Assembly (NCBI GenBank): GCA_016861085.1
Contig: BOKR01000001.1
Location: 579,271-643,270 of the forward strand
DNA: 64,000 nt
Direction: 5' to 3'
From: Patescibacteria group bacterium
Lineage (GTDB): Bacteria > Patescibacteriota > Microgenomatia > UBA1400 > PJMF01
Shown here: one piece after another, positions 8,962 through 19,627 of the stretch
Numbering within the stretch: the first letter of the stretch is position 1
Layout: every line of letters starts with the position of its first letter
Notes under the pieces: generated by a model
Databases searched by the model: none
Told to the model about the DNA's origin: nothing
The model's input: only the letters and a program-made list of their open reading frames with translations
Program-made: the position numbers and the translations under genes

Positions 8962-10536
8962 TTACCGAACTACCAAATCCTCAAAAACGTCTGTAATATC
9001 CCAAACCTGTAAACAGGGAGCTTTAAATGGTCTACAGTACTCTCTTAACAAATATTTTTCATCCAAGTTAAGATTGTTCCTATGGGAATTAACCACCAAC
9101 CATTTTCTTTCAAACTTACGAGCATTCTGAGCAAACTTTTCTGGAATGCCTCCAACAGGGTATCCTACTCCGTCTATCGAAATATTGCTAACATCTCTTC
9201 TATGAAAATAGAGATTTAACCCGTCTGGCAATGATCCAAAATATCCTTCTGTAGCAACAGCAATCGTTTTATTTCTTGATTCAGCTTTCAATAGTTGTGA
9301 TGTTTCATATAACCCATGACCTGATGACCACTCAGTTAAATATTGCACAGCGTCAGAAGAGACAAACGGAATTTGTCTGTGATTGGTTACTGCTGCAACA
9401 ATAAAAACCGCTGATGTCGCAATGGTATTAGCCAGCAAAAGCACTAAAAAACTGGAAAAAACAATGTACAGTACTATTTTTTTTGAAAACTGTTTACTCC
9501 ATACAAATAAATCTTCAATAGCAAACACACTTGCAAGCGTAAATAATAGAACTGCCGGAAATAAGTAGCGGGCATACACCATTCTTCCCATGATGCCCAC
9601 TGGTAACACATATAATAATCCAGACCAGAAAAAAATATGGACAATAGTCTTATTTTTTTTGCCAAACAGTCCTAACACCATGAATAATATAACTGTTGGG
9701 GTCATGTAGGAGAAGAAATATCCCGCATAAACAGGTAAACCTACGATAGTTTCTTTCCACTTACCAGCCAGTACCTCACTGAGTGGAAATAAAAAATCAC
9801 TACCTCTCCCAAACAATTGAGAGAATGAAGGCACAAAGGAAAGCGCTAAAAACATACCCATTCCGATAGAGAATGAAACAAAAACTTTACTTGCTGCCAG
9901 CAACAAAGCGTTTGTAGATTTTTGTCTAACTAAAAAAATTAATAAAAATAAGCTGGGAACAAATAAAATAGCCGGAATTTTTGCATATAATGCCAATCCG
10001 AAAAAAATTCCAGCCATAAAAACATTAAAAAATGTTTGCTTTTTTTTGAGAAGTCCAAAAAGAGATGTTATCGACAATTTTTTTATTGAGCTTTGTTGAG
10101 TTATTTCACGAATCAAGAAGAATATACTCACAGAAATCATAACTGTTAATAATCCATCTGTAAGCGCCATTCTGTGGTGGAAGAACCAAAATGGCAAAAT
10201 CATAACCAACAAACCAGCTACATATTGAGTCTTCTTATTTTTTGTTAATAACCCTGTTATTCTCATGATAACAACCATTTGCATTAATCCGGTCAACACC
10301 GAGACAATGCGTGCAGCAAATAATTGGTCATCAAACATAAATTGAAATGGGGTAAGCAACCAAAAAAATAATGGTGTTTTCCCATCATTCATAGAAAAAA
10401 AGAAATATCGAGCTGGTTCATCAATAATCAACTGAGCCCAACGAATATAGATTGCTTCATCAGCAAATACCGGCAATTCGAGTAATCCATATAAATGTGT
10501 TGCTAAATATGCTAAAACAAGTAAAACAAAGGCCAT
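8962..10536 (-). CDS. GT-C superfamily glycosyltransferase, PMT_2/ArnT-like (GT39/GT83-type)
   Basis: 524 aa polytopic membrane protein. N-terminal 'LPVFADEAIYIRWAQLI' DE-motif loop typical of Pmt/ArnT transferases that use polyprenol-phosphate sugars. Confidence 0.65.
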   Translation of the reverse strand: MAFVLLVLAYLATHLYGLLELPVFADEAIYIRWAQLIIDEPARYFFFSMNDGKTPLFFWLLTPFQFMFDDQLFAARIVSVLTGLMQMVVIMRITGLLTKNKKTQYVAGLLVMILPFWFFHHRMALTDGLLTVMISVSIFFLIREITQQSSIKKLSITSLFGLLKKKQTFFNVFMAGIFFGLALYAKIPAILFVPSLFLLIFLVRQKSTNALLLAASKVFVSFSIGMGMFLALSFVPSFSQLFGRGSDFLFPLSEVLAGKWKETIVGLPVYAGYFFSYMTPTVILFMVLGLFGKKNKTIVHIFFWSGLLYVLPVGIMGRMVYARYLFPAVLLFTLASVFAIEDLFVWSKQFSKKIVLYIVFSSFLVLLLANTIATSAVFIVAAVTNHRQIPFVSSDAVQYLTEWSSGHGLYETSQLLKAESRNKTIAVATEGYFGSLPDGLNLYFHRRDVSNISIDGVGYPVGGIPEKFAQNARKFERKWLVVNSHRNNLNLDEKYLLREYCRPFKAPCLQVWDITDVFEDLVVR

Positions 10537-10538
10537 AG

Positions 10539-11855
10539 TTACATTCTACCCGATATCTGTATCTTCTTGGTGAGATCTTTTATATGAGTAAATACGTACA
10601 CTATAGGAATTAACCAAGTGATCAGTTTTTGTTGCAGTAAGATTTCATCGGAATATTCAAAACCATTTCGTAGCCAAGGAACATATCGTAGCAATGAACT
10701 AAAAGAAAAAACCAAAATCATATTTCTTACTGTCGAATTTTTGATGAATGGTACCCATACCAAAATCCACACTAAATACCAAGGTAAAAATTGCTGTGAC
10801 CTTGCTGTAAACAATGGAATGAATAAAATCAACGCCAGTACTGTTGGTATATACTTCTCTGCCAAACGAACTAAAAATAGCAGACCCTGTGAAATAAAAG
10901 CCGTTGGAATTGGCAATCTGAATCTAGCCTGAATAAGTTGTGCATATTTCTGTAGAAAGAAAATGAGTAGTGCAGCTAATACAAACAATGGCACTAATAA
11001 AACTGTAGCCAGTTTTACCGAAACTGATAAACCAAGTAGCAATGAAGCACAGATAAAATATACAACTTTATTTTTAAAACCACCTTGTATTCTATTTTGT
11101 AACAAACGTAGTAACATACTCACAGATAATACAGCTGGCGCCATCATCCAAACATCGTTATGATAGTTCGAGACTACCTCAAGAAGCAGCAATGGATTCA
11201 AAAAAACTAATGCTAACTCGTATGTATGTAAACCTCTTTTATATAACGTCTGCGATAAATGTTGGAGCGCAAAGTATAAAAATAGTAAGCTTCCTATCAT
11301 AAATAATCGAAACAATGCCAGTGTAACCAGGAACTTCTCTTGCCCTAAAAAGGAGGGAATCAAAGATAGCACAGTCCAGCCATATCCATACGGTGCGGTG
11401 GTGTGAATATTATGCATAAAACGCACCCAAGAATCTATATTAATGAAATCCAGAGCGGTTTTGACGTGGGGGTTATAGCCATATACTAAAATCATCTTTG
11501 CATTGAATACGTAATTAAAAATATCGTGTGACAGCGCATTGTATGAAAAAAGCAGGGGTATAAGTAGTAGAACATATCCCCAAAGTTGACGGGATTCTAA
11601 AGAAAATGTAAATGGTAATTGCTGCTTTTTTAGCTTTGAGAGCACCCAAGCATAGCAAAGAAAAAGCGTTATGACCAAAAATATATATGAGGCAGTAATA
11701 AATGTCGGATTACCATAAAACTGTTTCCACAGGTACAGTTGAAAATTCCAATATATTGGCTGGGAACTTAAGACTAAATTTGGTTCAGTTAAAATATAAG
11801 AGAAAACTGAATATAATGATAAAGTAGTAAAAAACAAACCAAACAATAGTAACAT
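10539..11855 (-). CDS. Polytopic membrane protein, possible GT-C-type glycosyltransferase
   Basis: 438 aa with more than 10 TM helices. Sits inside the glycosylation operon with a 2-nt gap to its neighbour. No diagnostic motif recognised. Confidence 0.35.
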   Translation of the reverse strand: MLLLFGLFFTTLSLYSVFSYILTEPNLVLSSQPIYWNFQLYLWKQFYGNPTFITASYIFLVITLFLCYAWVLSKLKKQQLPFTFSLESRQLWGYVLLLIPLLFSYNALSHDIFNYVFNAKMILVYGYNPHVKTALDFINIDSWVRFMHNIHTTAPYGYGWTVLSLIPSFLGQEKFLVTLALFRLFMIGSLLFLYFALQHLSQTLYKRGLHTYELALVFLNPLLLLEVVSNYHNDVWMMAPAVLSVSMLLRLLQNRIQGGFKNKVVYFICASLLLGLSVSVKLATVLLVPLFVLAALLIFFLQKYAQLIQARFRLPIPTAFISQGLLFLVRLAEKYIPTVLALILFIPLFTARSQQFLPWYLVWILVWVPFIKNSTVRNMILVFSFSSLLRYVPWLRNGFEYSDEILLQQKLITWLIPIVYVFTHIKDLTKKIQISGRM

Positions 11856-11857
11856 CT

Positions 11858-12631
11858 TTACTTATATTTGCCTCTGAGATCCGCAATTCTAATCGCAGCT
11901 ATATCTCGAACCATTCTTAACGAATCTTTAATTGGACTTACCCTATCAGATTCATGTGCTCTCCAATGTATAGGAACCTCTTTGAGTTGGTATCCTTTTT
12001 TTAGACCCAGATACAACAATTCAACATCAAATGCGCCTGTAAATGCATCCCTTCGTTCTTCCATTTTCCCATAGATATATAATGAATTGTATAAGTCCTT
12101 TGTTGCGCGAGCTGAAAACAGTTTAAAACCACATTGAGTGTCTAAAAACCCAGGTATTGCCAAAGCTTGAACCACAATATTAAAAACTCGCCCCATTAAG
12201 TGCCTTAAAAATGACTCTTTTGTCCTTCTTGCTCCAACTATTTCTCGAGAACCAATAACTACTTCAAATCCTTCATCTGCATACTTCAGCAGTTTCTCAA
12301 CGTCAGCTAGCGGAGTTGATTGATCAAAGTCGGTAAATAGCCGCCATTCGCCAGACGCTGCCAACATTCCGGCTTTTACAGTTGGTGCTTTTCCTGCATG
12401 TACGTTATGTAGAATCTTAATTCTTTTATCCCGTTTCGCAAATGTATCAAGAGCGTCAGCTGTGCCATCAGTTGAACCATCATCACTCATGATAAGCTCC
12501 CAGCCATATGCTTGCTTCTGCAAATACTCAAGAACTTCATCAAGAACCCCACGCTCTATATTTTTCATTTCATTATAAGAAGGAATTACGACTGAAAGGT
12601 ATGGTTTCATCTGCATAGCTGCATAATACAC
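11858..12631 (-). CDS. GT2 polyprenol-phosphate sugar synthase (DPM1/Ppm1-like)
   Basis: 'LSVVIPSYNE' and 'IMSDDGSTDGT' GT-A DxD region. About 250 aa, like dolichol-P-mannose synthases. Confidence 0.7.
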   Translation of the reverse strand: MYYAAMQMKPYLSVVIPSYNEMKNIERGVLDEVLEYLQKQAYGWELIMSDDGSTDGTADALDTFAKRDKRIKILHNVHAGKAPTVKAGMLAASGEWRLFTDFDQSTPLADVEKLLKYADEGFEVVIGSREIVGARRTKESFLRHLMGRVFNIVVQALAIPGFLDTQCGFKLFSARATKDLYNSLYIYGKMEERRDAFTGAFDVELLYLGLKKGYQLKEVPIHWRAHESDRVSPIKDSLRMVRDIAAIRIADLRGKYK

Positions 12632-14205
12632 TAATTACTATTTTTCCTTAAGACGGTAATTTCTGGTCCGTTCGGAATTAGATAAATTTCTGTAGGAATT
12701 TTATTTGGAAACGTTACAACCTCATAAACTGGTGAATCAACGTCTCTCTCTATTTTTCTTTCTTCATCAATGATAAATAATGTGTCGACCTCACCAAACT
12801 GGTCTTCAGGTACTGGTGGCTTTTCTGAAGCAGTTAAGAAATATCGGTAATTCTGGCCTCTAATATCACCTGTAGAATTGAGTAAGACAATGTTGTATTT
12901 TTCACCAACAACTACCCTGTCTTCTATTGTTTTTGCGACCGCCTGAATGTGAGCTATTGTCCACCCTAGTGAGTTTAGAATGACCTGCGCATGACGATAA
13001 TTAAACCGTGCAAACAAAACAATAAAAGTTAAAATTCCCAAGTACCCTATTATTTTTCTTGTAGATAAAAATTGTAGTACATATCCTAGTACAAAAAATG
13101 AAACTGGAAATAAGTACGCAATGTAATGCTCATAAATGTTTTGTTTATATAGAGATGTACCTAAAATTCCTGTGAAAAGAAAACTTGCAATAACTAATTC
13201 TCCAGTTACATCTTTTTTTTGCTTCTGTTTTTTATATATTGCATATCCAAAAATAAATAGTATTACTGCAGTAAGAGCAAAATTAATATTGTTTGCATGC
13301 TTGCCAATTGCTATTTCAGAAACAATTAGTTCACTTCTGAATCTAATATCAAGTAGAGCTTGATTATATTTATTTGTATCTTCAGCAACTTCTTTGCTAA
13401 ACGCATCTTCTTTTGTAAGAATTGCTAAAAAGGCATTTCTATTCAATCCATCATGCTTGAGATCAAACAAAAATAGTGGAGTTAAAGAAAATAGAAAGAT
13501 AAATGCCCCAATTACTGTAGAAACAAGCATTTGTTTTATAGATTGCTTGTTTTTTAGCTTTGTAACTAGCTGGTACATCCATAGCAGACCAAAACCGGCT
13601 CCAGACAACAAAGTGAGATAATGTAACTGAATTAATACTGCAAAACAAACCGTGACAGCTATCCAATATTTCACATCTTTTTTTAGAGCTTTATAGGTAA
13701 AAAAGAGTAATAACAAAGAAACAAATGGAGCAGGATTAGGATTCCAACTGAACCTAGTATTATGCGCTACTGTGGCTGAAAGACCAAACAAAGCACTTGC
13801 CCATAAAGCAACTTTTTCACCTAAAAATTGCTTTCCTATAAAATACATCAGAAACACCGTTACAATTCCAAGCAATGCGACTGCATACACAGGGCCCATT
13901 GGACTTGGATATGTCAGCATTAAAAATGGCAGCATGAAATAGTAGTACAACGGCCCTAAATACATATTTCCGACACTTGTGACAGGACCAATAAAAACAG
14001 GGTCAAGATTTTTAAAAATGCCAGCTACTAACAAAGCGTCTCTGCCCTGATCTCCAAGAAATTGAACTGTGCTTGGTATATTGTAGAGTCGCAAAAAAGC
14101 AGCGGCAAGAAGGATCAGTAACAACAAGTAGTGTTTCAACACAAATTTTTTAGGCAGTCTTACTTTGTTTTCCATATAAACTTGTTGTACGCAAAGAAAT
14201 TCCAA
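12631..14205 (-). CDS. GT-C superfamily glycosyltransferase, PMT_2/ArnT-like (second paralog)
   Basis: 524 aa. 'FLRLYNIPSTVQFLGDQGRDALL' first-loop motif. Many TM helices. The start may be the internal 'MENKV...'. Confidence 0.65.
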   Translation of the reverse strand: MEFLCVQQVYMENKVRLPKKFVLKHYLLLLILLAAAFLRLYNIPSTVQFLGDQGRDALLVAGIFKNLDPVFIGPVTSVGNMYLGPLYYYFMLPFLMLTYPSPMGPVYAVALLGIVTVFLMYFIGKQFLGEKVALWASALFGLSATVAHNTRFSWNPNPAPFVSLLLLFFTYKALKKDVKYWIAVTVCFAVLIQLHYLTLLSGAGFGLLWMYQLVTKLKNKQSIKQMLVSTVIGAFIFLFSLTPLFLFDLKHDGLNRNAFLAILTKEDAFSKEVAEDTNKYNQALLDIRFRSELIVSEIAIGKHANNINFALTAVILFIFGYAIYKKQKQKKDVTGELVIASFLFTGILGTSLYKQNIYEHYIAYLFPVSFFVLGYVLQFLSTRKIIGYLGILTFIVLFARFNYRHAQVILNSLGWTIAHIQAVAKTIEDRVVVGEKYNIVLLNSTGDIRGQNYRYFLTASEKPPVPEDQFGEVDTLFIIDEERKIERDVDSPVYEVVTFPNKIPTEIYLIPNGPEITVLRKNSN

Positions 14206-15353
14206 AACAAACCGATAATAATCCCTGTGGCGGCAAACACTAATCCTGTATCAACAACCATTCCAATGATTGGTACGACGAATAAATCGAATAAACCAAT
14301 AAATCGTTCACCTAGGAAGTTTACAATCAACTGAATAATAATAGATCCGCTAGAGGTAAGATTAAATTGCAAAAATTTTCCAAGCATCTTTGATTTATCT
14401 AGCTTTTTATCAGCAAAGGTCCAAGAATTGTTAAGTAAAAAATTTGATGCAATTGCGATTTCAATACTCAAAAATGTTGCTAAAATAAATTTTGACAAAA
14501 ATGCTAATTGAAAATCAGGCAAAACACTTCTAAATATTTGTAACGAAGTCAGCTGAATAAGTGTGCCAACTCCTCCAACAACTAGAAATTTAAAAACACG
14601 GCTAGTTACTAAATCATTCCAGCGCAATCTAAATAAGTAAAGCAACGTATCTTGCATGTATGAAAGTGGCAGTTTTGACTCTCCAATGGTTCTGTCAACA
14701 AATTTGAATGGAATTTCAATAATTTTGAATCGAGAACGATACACCGCATTCAAAAATCCAACTTGAAAAGTGTATCCAAGTATTTCTTTGTCAGTTATTT
14801 TATGAACAACCGCTTGGTATACCTTTTTACGTAATGCTCTAAAACCACCAGTCCAATCTTTGATTGAAAAGTTAGTGAGCAAAAGCTGTGCTACCAAATT
14901 CCCCACCACACTCATGAATTTTCTGTGGATTCCCCAATTATCAGGAATACCACCGCCAGGAATATATCTAGAGCCAACAACCATGTCAGCACCCTCATCG
15001 ATTGCTTTCATAAATTCAGGAATTTTTTTTGGATCATGAGATAAATCAGCGTCAAACTGAAGGACTACTTCTGCTCGCAGTTTGTTAAACGCTTCATCCA
15101 TCCCCTTTAAGTAAGCACCCCCAAGGCCAGCTTTTTGAGGATTAATGAGTAAATGTAACCTCTTATATTTTTTTTGTAACTGCTTTACAGCATCGTACGT
15201 TTTGTCAGGAGAAGTATCATCAACTACCAAAATGCCCATATCCCAACCTTTGACTTTTTCGAATTGTTCAAAAAGGAGCGGAACGACTGTTTGAATGTTC
15301 TCCTTTTCATTATATGTTGGAATGATAACAATTGCCTTCTGTTGCATGTACAC
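14160..15353 (-). CDS. GT2 polyprenol-phosphate glycosyltransferase fused to a C-terminal GtrA-like 4-TM domain
   Basis: 'IVIIPTYNEKENI' and 'LVVDDTSPDKT' GT-A core. C-terminal 'FLVVGGVGTLIQLTSLQIF...' GtrA-like helices. Confidence 0.7.
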   Translation of the reverse strand: MYMQQKAIVIIPTYNEKENIQTVVPLLFEQFEKVKGWDMGILVVDDTSPDKTYDAVKQLQKKYKRLHLLINPQKAGLGGAYLKGMDEAFNKLRAEVVLQFDADLSHDPKKIPEFMKAIDEGADMVVGSRYIPGGGIPDNWGIHRKFMSVVGNLVAQLLLTNFSIKDWTGGFRALRKKVYQAVVHKITDKEILGYTFQVGFLNAVYRSRFKIIEIPFKFVDRTIGESKLPLSYMQDTLLYLFRLRWNDLVTSRVFKFLVVGGVGTLIQLTSLQIFRSVLPDFQLAFLSKFILATFLSIEIAIASNFLLNNSWTFADKKLDKSKMLGKFLQFNLTSSGSIIIQLIVNFLGERFIGLFDLFVVPIIGMVVDTGLVFAATGIIIGLFWNFFAYNKFIWKTK

Positions 15354-15363
15354 TTTCTATTAA

Positions 15364-16341
15364 CTAATCGCTCATTCTACCTTCTTTTTCAAGTTCAGCT
15401 TCAACCATAAGTTTCACTAAGCCCTCAAAATCCACAGAAGGTTTCCAACCCAACTTTTCCCTGGCTTTAGTTGGATCACCAATCAACAAGTCAACTTCTG
15501 CTGGTCGATCATATTTTGGATTATGCTTGTAAACTGATTCCCAATCTTCAATTCCAGCAAACTTGCAGCTTAGTTGTAAAAATTCTTTAACAGAATGTGT
15601 CTCGCCTGTTGCAACTACGAAGTCATCTGGTTTATCCTGTTGTAACATCAACCACATTGCTTCAACATAATCCTTAGCATATCCCCAGTCTCGTTTCGCA
15701 TCAAGGTTACCAAGCTCAACATGCTCTTGTTTTCCTAGTTTAACTCTTGCAACACCATTTGCAATCTTTCGTGTCACAAACTCCAAACCTCTTCGAGGTG
15801 ATTCGTGATTAAATAAGATTCCAGAAACAGCAAACATGTCAAAAGACTCTCTATAGTTAACTGTAATCCAATGACCATACACTTTTGCAACTCCATATGG
15901 GGAGCGTGGATAAAATGGAGTTGTTTCTTTTTGTGGAACTTCTTGAACTTTACCGAACATCTCACTTGAACTTGCTTGATAAAATTTAGCATGAGGACAT
16001 GCAAGACGCATAGCTTCGAGAACTCTGGTAACACCGAGTGCTGTAAATTCACCTGTTAAAACTGGTTGATCCCAACTTGCCTTCACAAATGATTGAGCAG
16101 CCAAATTGTATACTTCATCGGGCTGAATATCTTTTAATGCATAGGTTAATGAATGTTGGTCAATTAAGTCACCAGAAACTAATTCCAAATTTTCATCATG
16201 AATTATCTGTGCAATGCGAGCAAAATTTTGGGTACTTGTTCTTCTAGTCAGGCCATATACTTTATATCCTTTTTCCAGCAGCAACTCAGCTAAGTATGAA
16301 CCGTCTTGTCCGGTTATTCCTGTAATAAAAGCTTTCTTCAT
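15364..16341 (-). CDS. gmd: GDP-mannose 4,6-dehydratase
   Basis: '[34 protein letters not shown]' is a near-canonical Gmd N-terminus. Also '[12 protein letters not shown]' (YxxxK). 325 aa. Confidence 0.85.
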   Translation of the reverse strand: MKKAFITGITGQDGSYLAELLLEKGYKVYGLTRRTSTQNFARIAQIIHDENLELVSGDLIDQHSLTYALKDIQPDEVYNLAAQSFVKASWDQPVLTGEFTALGVTRVLEAMRLACPHAKFYQASSSEMFGKVQEVPQKETTPFYPRSPYGVAKVYGHWITVNYRESFDMFAVSGILFNHESPRRGLEFVTRKIANGVARVKLGKQEHVELGNLDAKRDWGYAKDYVEAMWLMLQQDKPDDFVVATGETHSVKEFLQLSCKFAGIEDWESVYKHNPKYDRPAEVDLLIGDPTKAREKLGWKPSVDFEGLVKLMVEAELEKEGRMSD

Positions 16342-16354
16342 ATGTTCCTTACTA

Positions 16355-17341
16355 TTAATTATTTCTATACCAACTCATAACTCTGCGCAATGTCTCTTCT
16401 AATGGAATTGTTGGTTCCCAACCAAGTAATTTCATTTTAGCATTATTGGCGACCATTTTTGGGATATCGTGTGGCCTCAATCTAGATTTATCAGTAACAA
16501 TCACAATTTCTTTTGTCGCCAATGCGGAAAGCTGTTCCACAATAGCACTCATGAGTACTCCAGTTCCAGAGCCAATATTGTATGCCTCACCACTTTTACC
16601 TTTATTCATTACTAAAATGTATGCTCGTACCACATCTTTTACATCTGTAAAATCTCTAACAGTTGATAGGTCTCCAACTTTTAACTCAGTTTGCTCACCA
16701 CGCTCAATTGCAACAATCTGCTTGGTAAATGCCGGAATAGCAAATTCAGTCGATTGCCGCTCACCGATATGGTTGAATGGTCTGACAGTTACAATATCAA
16801 GATCATATGAAACAAAATACGCGTATGAAAGCATGTCTTGTGAAATTTTTGAGACAGCATAGGGGTTAATCGGTCGAAACGGATGAGTCTCAGAAACTGG
16901 CAATTCTTCTTCTGAAATACTTACGCCATATTCTTCAGCCGAACCCACAACCAGTAATCGAGCTTTCTTACAATGATCTCTCACAGCAAGCAATACACTT
17001 TGTTGTACAGCAATATTATTCATTAACACTCTATCTGCCTCATCAAAACTCTTACCCACAAAGGCAAGTGCCGCAAGATGATACATTTGATCCGGCTGAA
17101 GTGACTGTAGTAATTTGGCTGTTGATTCACTGTCTGTAAGATCTAATCTGTGAATATTCTCGCTCCCAATCAATCTCGCGATGAACGAATCTTCACCTGA
17201 AAATGAAGTCACATGAATATCAGAGTATCCTTGTTCCAAAAGCGCTTCAACCAAATGAGATCCAGCAAAACCCGTACCGCCAGTGATTAGAATTCTTGGT
17301 TGTTCCATATTACCTTCCAACTCCAAAATACTGGTACCCAA
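16355..17341 (-). CDS. NAD(P)-dependent sugar epimerase/reductase, probably GDP-4-keto-6-deoxy-D-mannose reductase (Rmd-like)
   Basis: SDR '[14 protein letters not shown]' and 'YAVSKISQD' (YxxxK). Immediately downstream of gmd. The rhamnose versus fucose product is not resolvable by eye. Confidence 0.5.
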   Translation of the reverse strand: MGTSILELEGNMEQPRILITGGTGFAGSHLVEALLEQGYSDIHVTSFSGEDSFIARLIGSENIHRLDLTDSESTAKLLQSLQPDQMYHLAALAFVGKSFDEADRVLMNNIAVQQSVLLAVRDHCKKARLLVVGSAEEYGVSISEEELPVSETHPFRPINPYAVSKISQDMLSYAYFVSYDLDIVTVRPFNHIGERQSTEFAIPAFTKQIVAIERGEQTELKVGDLSTVRDFTDVKDVVRAYILVMNKGKSGEAYNIGSGTGVLMSAIVEQLSALATKEIVIVTDKSRLRPHDIPKMVANNAKMKLLGWEPTIPLEETLRRVMSWYRNN

Positions 17342-18620
17342 GTTTTTCTATCTGTTTTTTTTCAAATTGGTTTCTCGCGTCAATAAAAATTTGTTTTTTA
17401 TTTTCTCTTACTTTGGCAAAATCAAATGCAACGATTTCTGACCATTCAATCAAAGCAATAATAATATCAGCTCCTTTACAAGCAGCTGTGATGGTTTCAT
17501 GATAAGAAACGTTTTTGTCATCTGGTATGAAATACTTTACAACTGGAAGTGCTTTTGGATCAAATCCCTGAACTTTTGCCCCTTTAGACAGTAAATAGGG
17601 AATAACCTTAACACTTGGGGCTTCCCGCATATCATCGGTATTTGGTTTAAATGATAAGCCTAACACTGCAACTGTTTTTTCTTCAAATCCCCCGATTTCT
17701 TGTCCATACTGGTCAAGTAGTTTTGAAATTCTGTATTCGTTCAACTCATGAATTTTATTAAACAAATTACCATCTTCACCAACTGATCTTGAATAGTGTG
17801 CAAGCTCTTTAACATCTTTTGGGAAACATGAGCCACCATATCCAAAGCCTGGATACCAATAATGTCCACCTACCCTTTTGTCTTCACTTATTGCGTCAAT
17901 TACTTCCTGAACGTCAGCACCATTTTTCTCGCACAAGTCTGCAATCTGGTTAATAAATGTGATTCTTGTTGCCAAATACGCGTTTGCAGCATACTTAGCC
18001 ATCTGAGCAGATTCAGGTGAAATACGGATAATAGGAGCTTGTAGGGGCTTGTGAAGATCTGCTAAAACACTGAATGCATACTCTTTCGTAGCGCCAATCA
18101 CAATTCGATCTGGATGTAACGTATCATGAACAGCGGTACCTTCTTTTAAGAATTCAGGTACTGATGCAGTCGCAAAATCTACTTTCGTGTACTTTTTTAT
18201 ATGTTCCTCTACTTTTGGTAAAGTTCCTGGAGGAACAGTAGATTTAATAACCACAACAGCTTGTTCCTTTAAATATGGTGCAGCACTCTCACTAGCTGCA
18301 AATACAAATCGTAAATCAGCATTACCATCTGCAGCAGAAGGTGTCCCAACTGCAACCACGATCACATCAGAATCAGTGATTGCGTCTTTATAGGAAGTTG
18401 TAAATGTAAGCTTGCCTTCTTTTTGAGTATGTACTAATAGTTCCTCTAAATTTGGTTCATAAAAAGGTACTTTTGAGTGACGAAGAGAATCAATCTTCTT
18501 CTCATCAATATCAAGACCAACAACCTCATGCCCAAAAGACGCATAAACAGCTGCTGTTACTACCCCCACAAATCCGGTACCAATAACTGTAATTTTCATA
18601 ATTGTTTCCAAGTATAACAC
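17310..18620 (-). CDS. Nucleotide-sugar 6-dehydrogenase (UDP-glucose/GDP-mannose dehydrogenase family)
   Basis: 'MKITVIGTGFVGVVTA' Rossmann and catalytic 'GGSCFPKD'. 436 aa. Confidence 0.8.
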   Translation of the reverse strand: MLYLETIMKITVIGTGFVGVVTAAVYASFGHEVVGLDIDEKKIDSLRHSKVPFYEPNLEELLVHTQKEGKLTFTTSYKDAITDSDVIVVAVGTPSAADGNADLRFVFAASESAAPYLKEQAVVVIKSTVPPGTLPKVEEHIKKYTKVDFATASVPEFLKEGTAVHDTLHPDRIVIGATKEYAFSVLADLHKPLQAPIIRISPESAQMAKYAANAYLATRITFINQIADLCEKNGADVQEVIDAISEDKRVGGHYWYPGFGYGGSCFPKDVKELAHYSRSVGEDGNLFNKIHELNEYRISKLLDQYGQEIGGFEEKTVAVLGLSFKPNTDDMREAPSVKVIPYLLSKGAKVQGFDPKALPVVKYFIPDDKNVSYHETITAACKGADIIIALIEWSEIVAFDFAKVRENKKQIFIDARNQFEKKQIEKLGYQYFGVGR

Positions 18621-18637
18621 TTTTCAAATACTACTTA

Positions 18638-19627
18638 CTAGATCAAATTTTTGGGATCAATCCACAGATAGGCACTAAAAATCCAGTCAACCAATCGCGT
18701 TGTTTCTAAATATCGGTCATCACTACCCATCACAACTACAATGATGTTGTGACCCTCACGACTAAATTGAGTGATCAACACTTGGGCAGCTCCTTGCGTC
18801 GTACCTGTTTTGATTCCTACAACGGTTGGGTCAACTCCAAGTAGTTGATGTGTAGAAGTCAAATAATGCTCATATTCTCCAGAAATGTCAGTAATTACTG
18901 CTTCTTTTATGGCCACGACAGACGCTAAAAAGTTGTCTTTCATAAAAACCTTGCTAAGGACCACTAAATCATGTGCAGAGCTCCGTTGAGTATCGTCGTC
19001 AAAACCAGCCGGATTTTTATATTGTGTGTTTATTAAATGCAACTCCTTTGCTCGCTCGTTCATCCTAGCCACAAATCCATCTAAACCCCTCTCAGAAGAA
19101 AGTGCCAATATGTACGCAGCATCATTGCTTGATTGAATTAATGCTGCTTTCAACAAGTTTTCTACTGTAATTTTTTCACCTACTCTAAACTCAAATTTTA
19201 AACCTTCAAGTTTTGGTAACTGAGGTACTAAAATAACGTCATTAAGCTGATACTCTTCAAGAGCAATCAATGCCGTCATTAATTTAGTAGTTGAAGCAGG
19301 TAAAAGAATTCTCTCACTGTTTCTTTCGAATAAAACAGTTCCTGTATCAAGGTCTTCAACATACACCGATTTAGCAGTAACCGTTTGGGAAAATTCTTCC
19401 AAGGTAAGGAAATTCTCTTCACCTAGGACGTTTTCAGTATTAGTTTGTGCTAATTTCTCTTTCAAAACTGGGATTTGTGTCACAGGAACTAAATAGACTT
19501 CGCTTTGCTGCTCCTTTTTTACACTGGACGTAACCAATGCATCAACACCACGATACATTGCAAACGTAATACCAACTACTAACAAACTAGCAAACAAATA
19601 GTATTTTTTTGTTCTCAGCTGTATCAT
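18638..19627 (-). CDS. D-alanyl-D-alanine carboxypeptidase (S11, PBP5-like)
   Basis: Signal/TM anchor. 'ASTTK' (SxxK), 'SSND' (SxN) and 'KTGTT' (KTG) motifs. Confidence 0.75.
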   Translation of the reverse strand: MIQLRTKKYYLFASLLVVGITFAMYRGVDALVTSSVKKEQQSEVYLVPVTQIPVLKEKLAQTNTENVLGEENFLTLEEFSQTVTAKSVYVEDLDTGTVLFERNSERILLPASTTKLMTALIALEEYQLNDVILVPQLPKLEGLKFEFRVGEKITVENLLKAALIQSSNDAAYILALSSERGLDGFVARMNERAKELHLINTQYKNPAGFDDDTQRSSAHDLVVLSKVFMKDNFLASVVAIKEAVITDISGEYEHYLTSTHQLLGVDPTVVGIKTGTTQGAAQVLITQFSREGHNIIVVVMGSDDRYLETTRLVDWIFSAYLWIDPKNLI

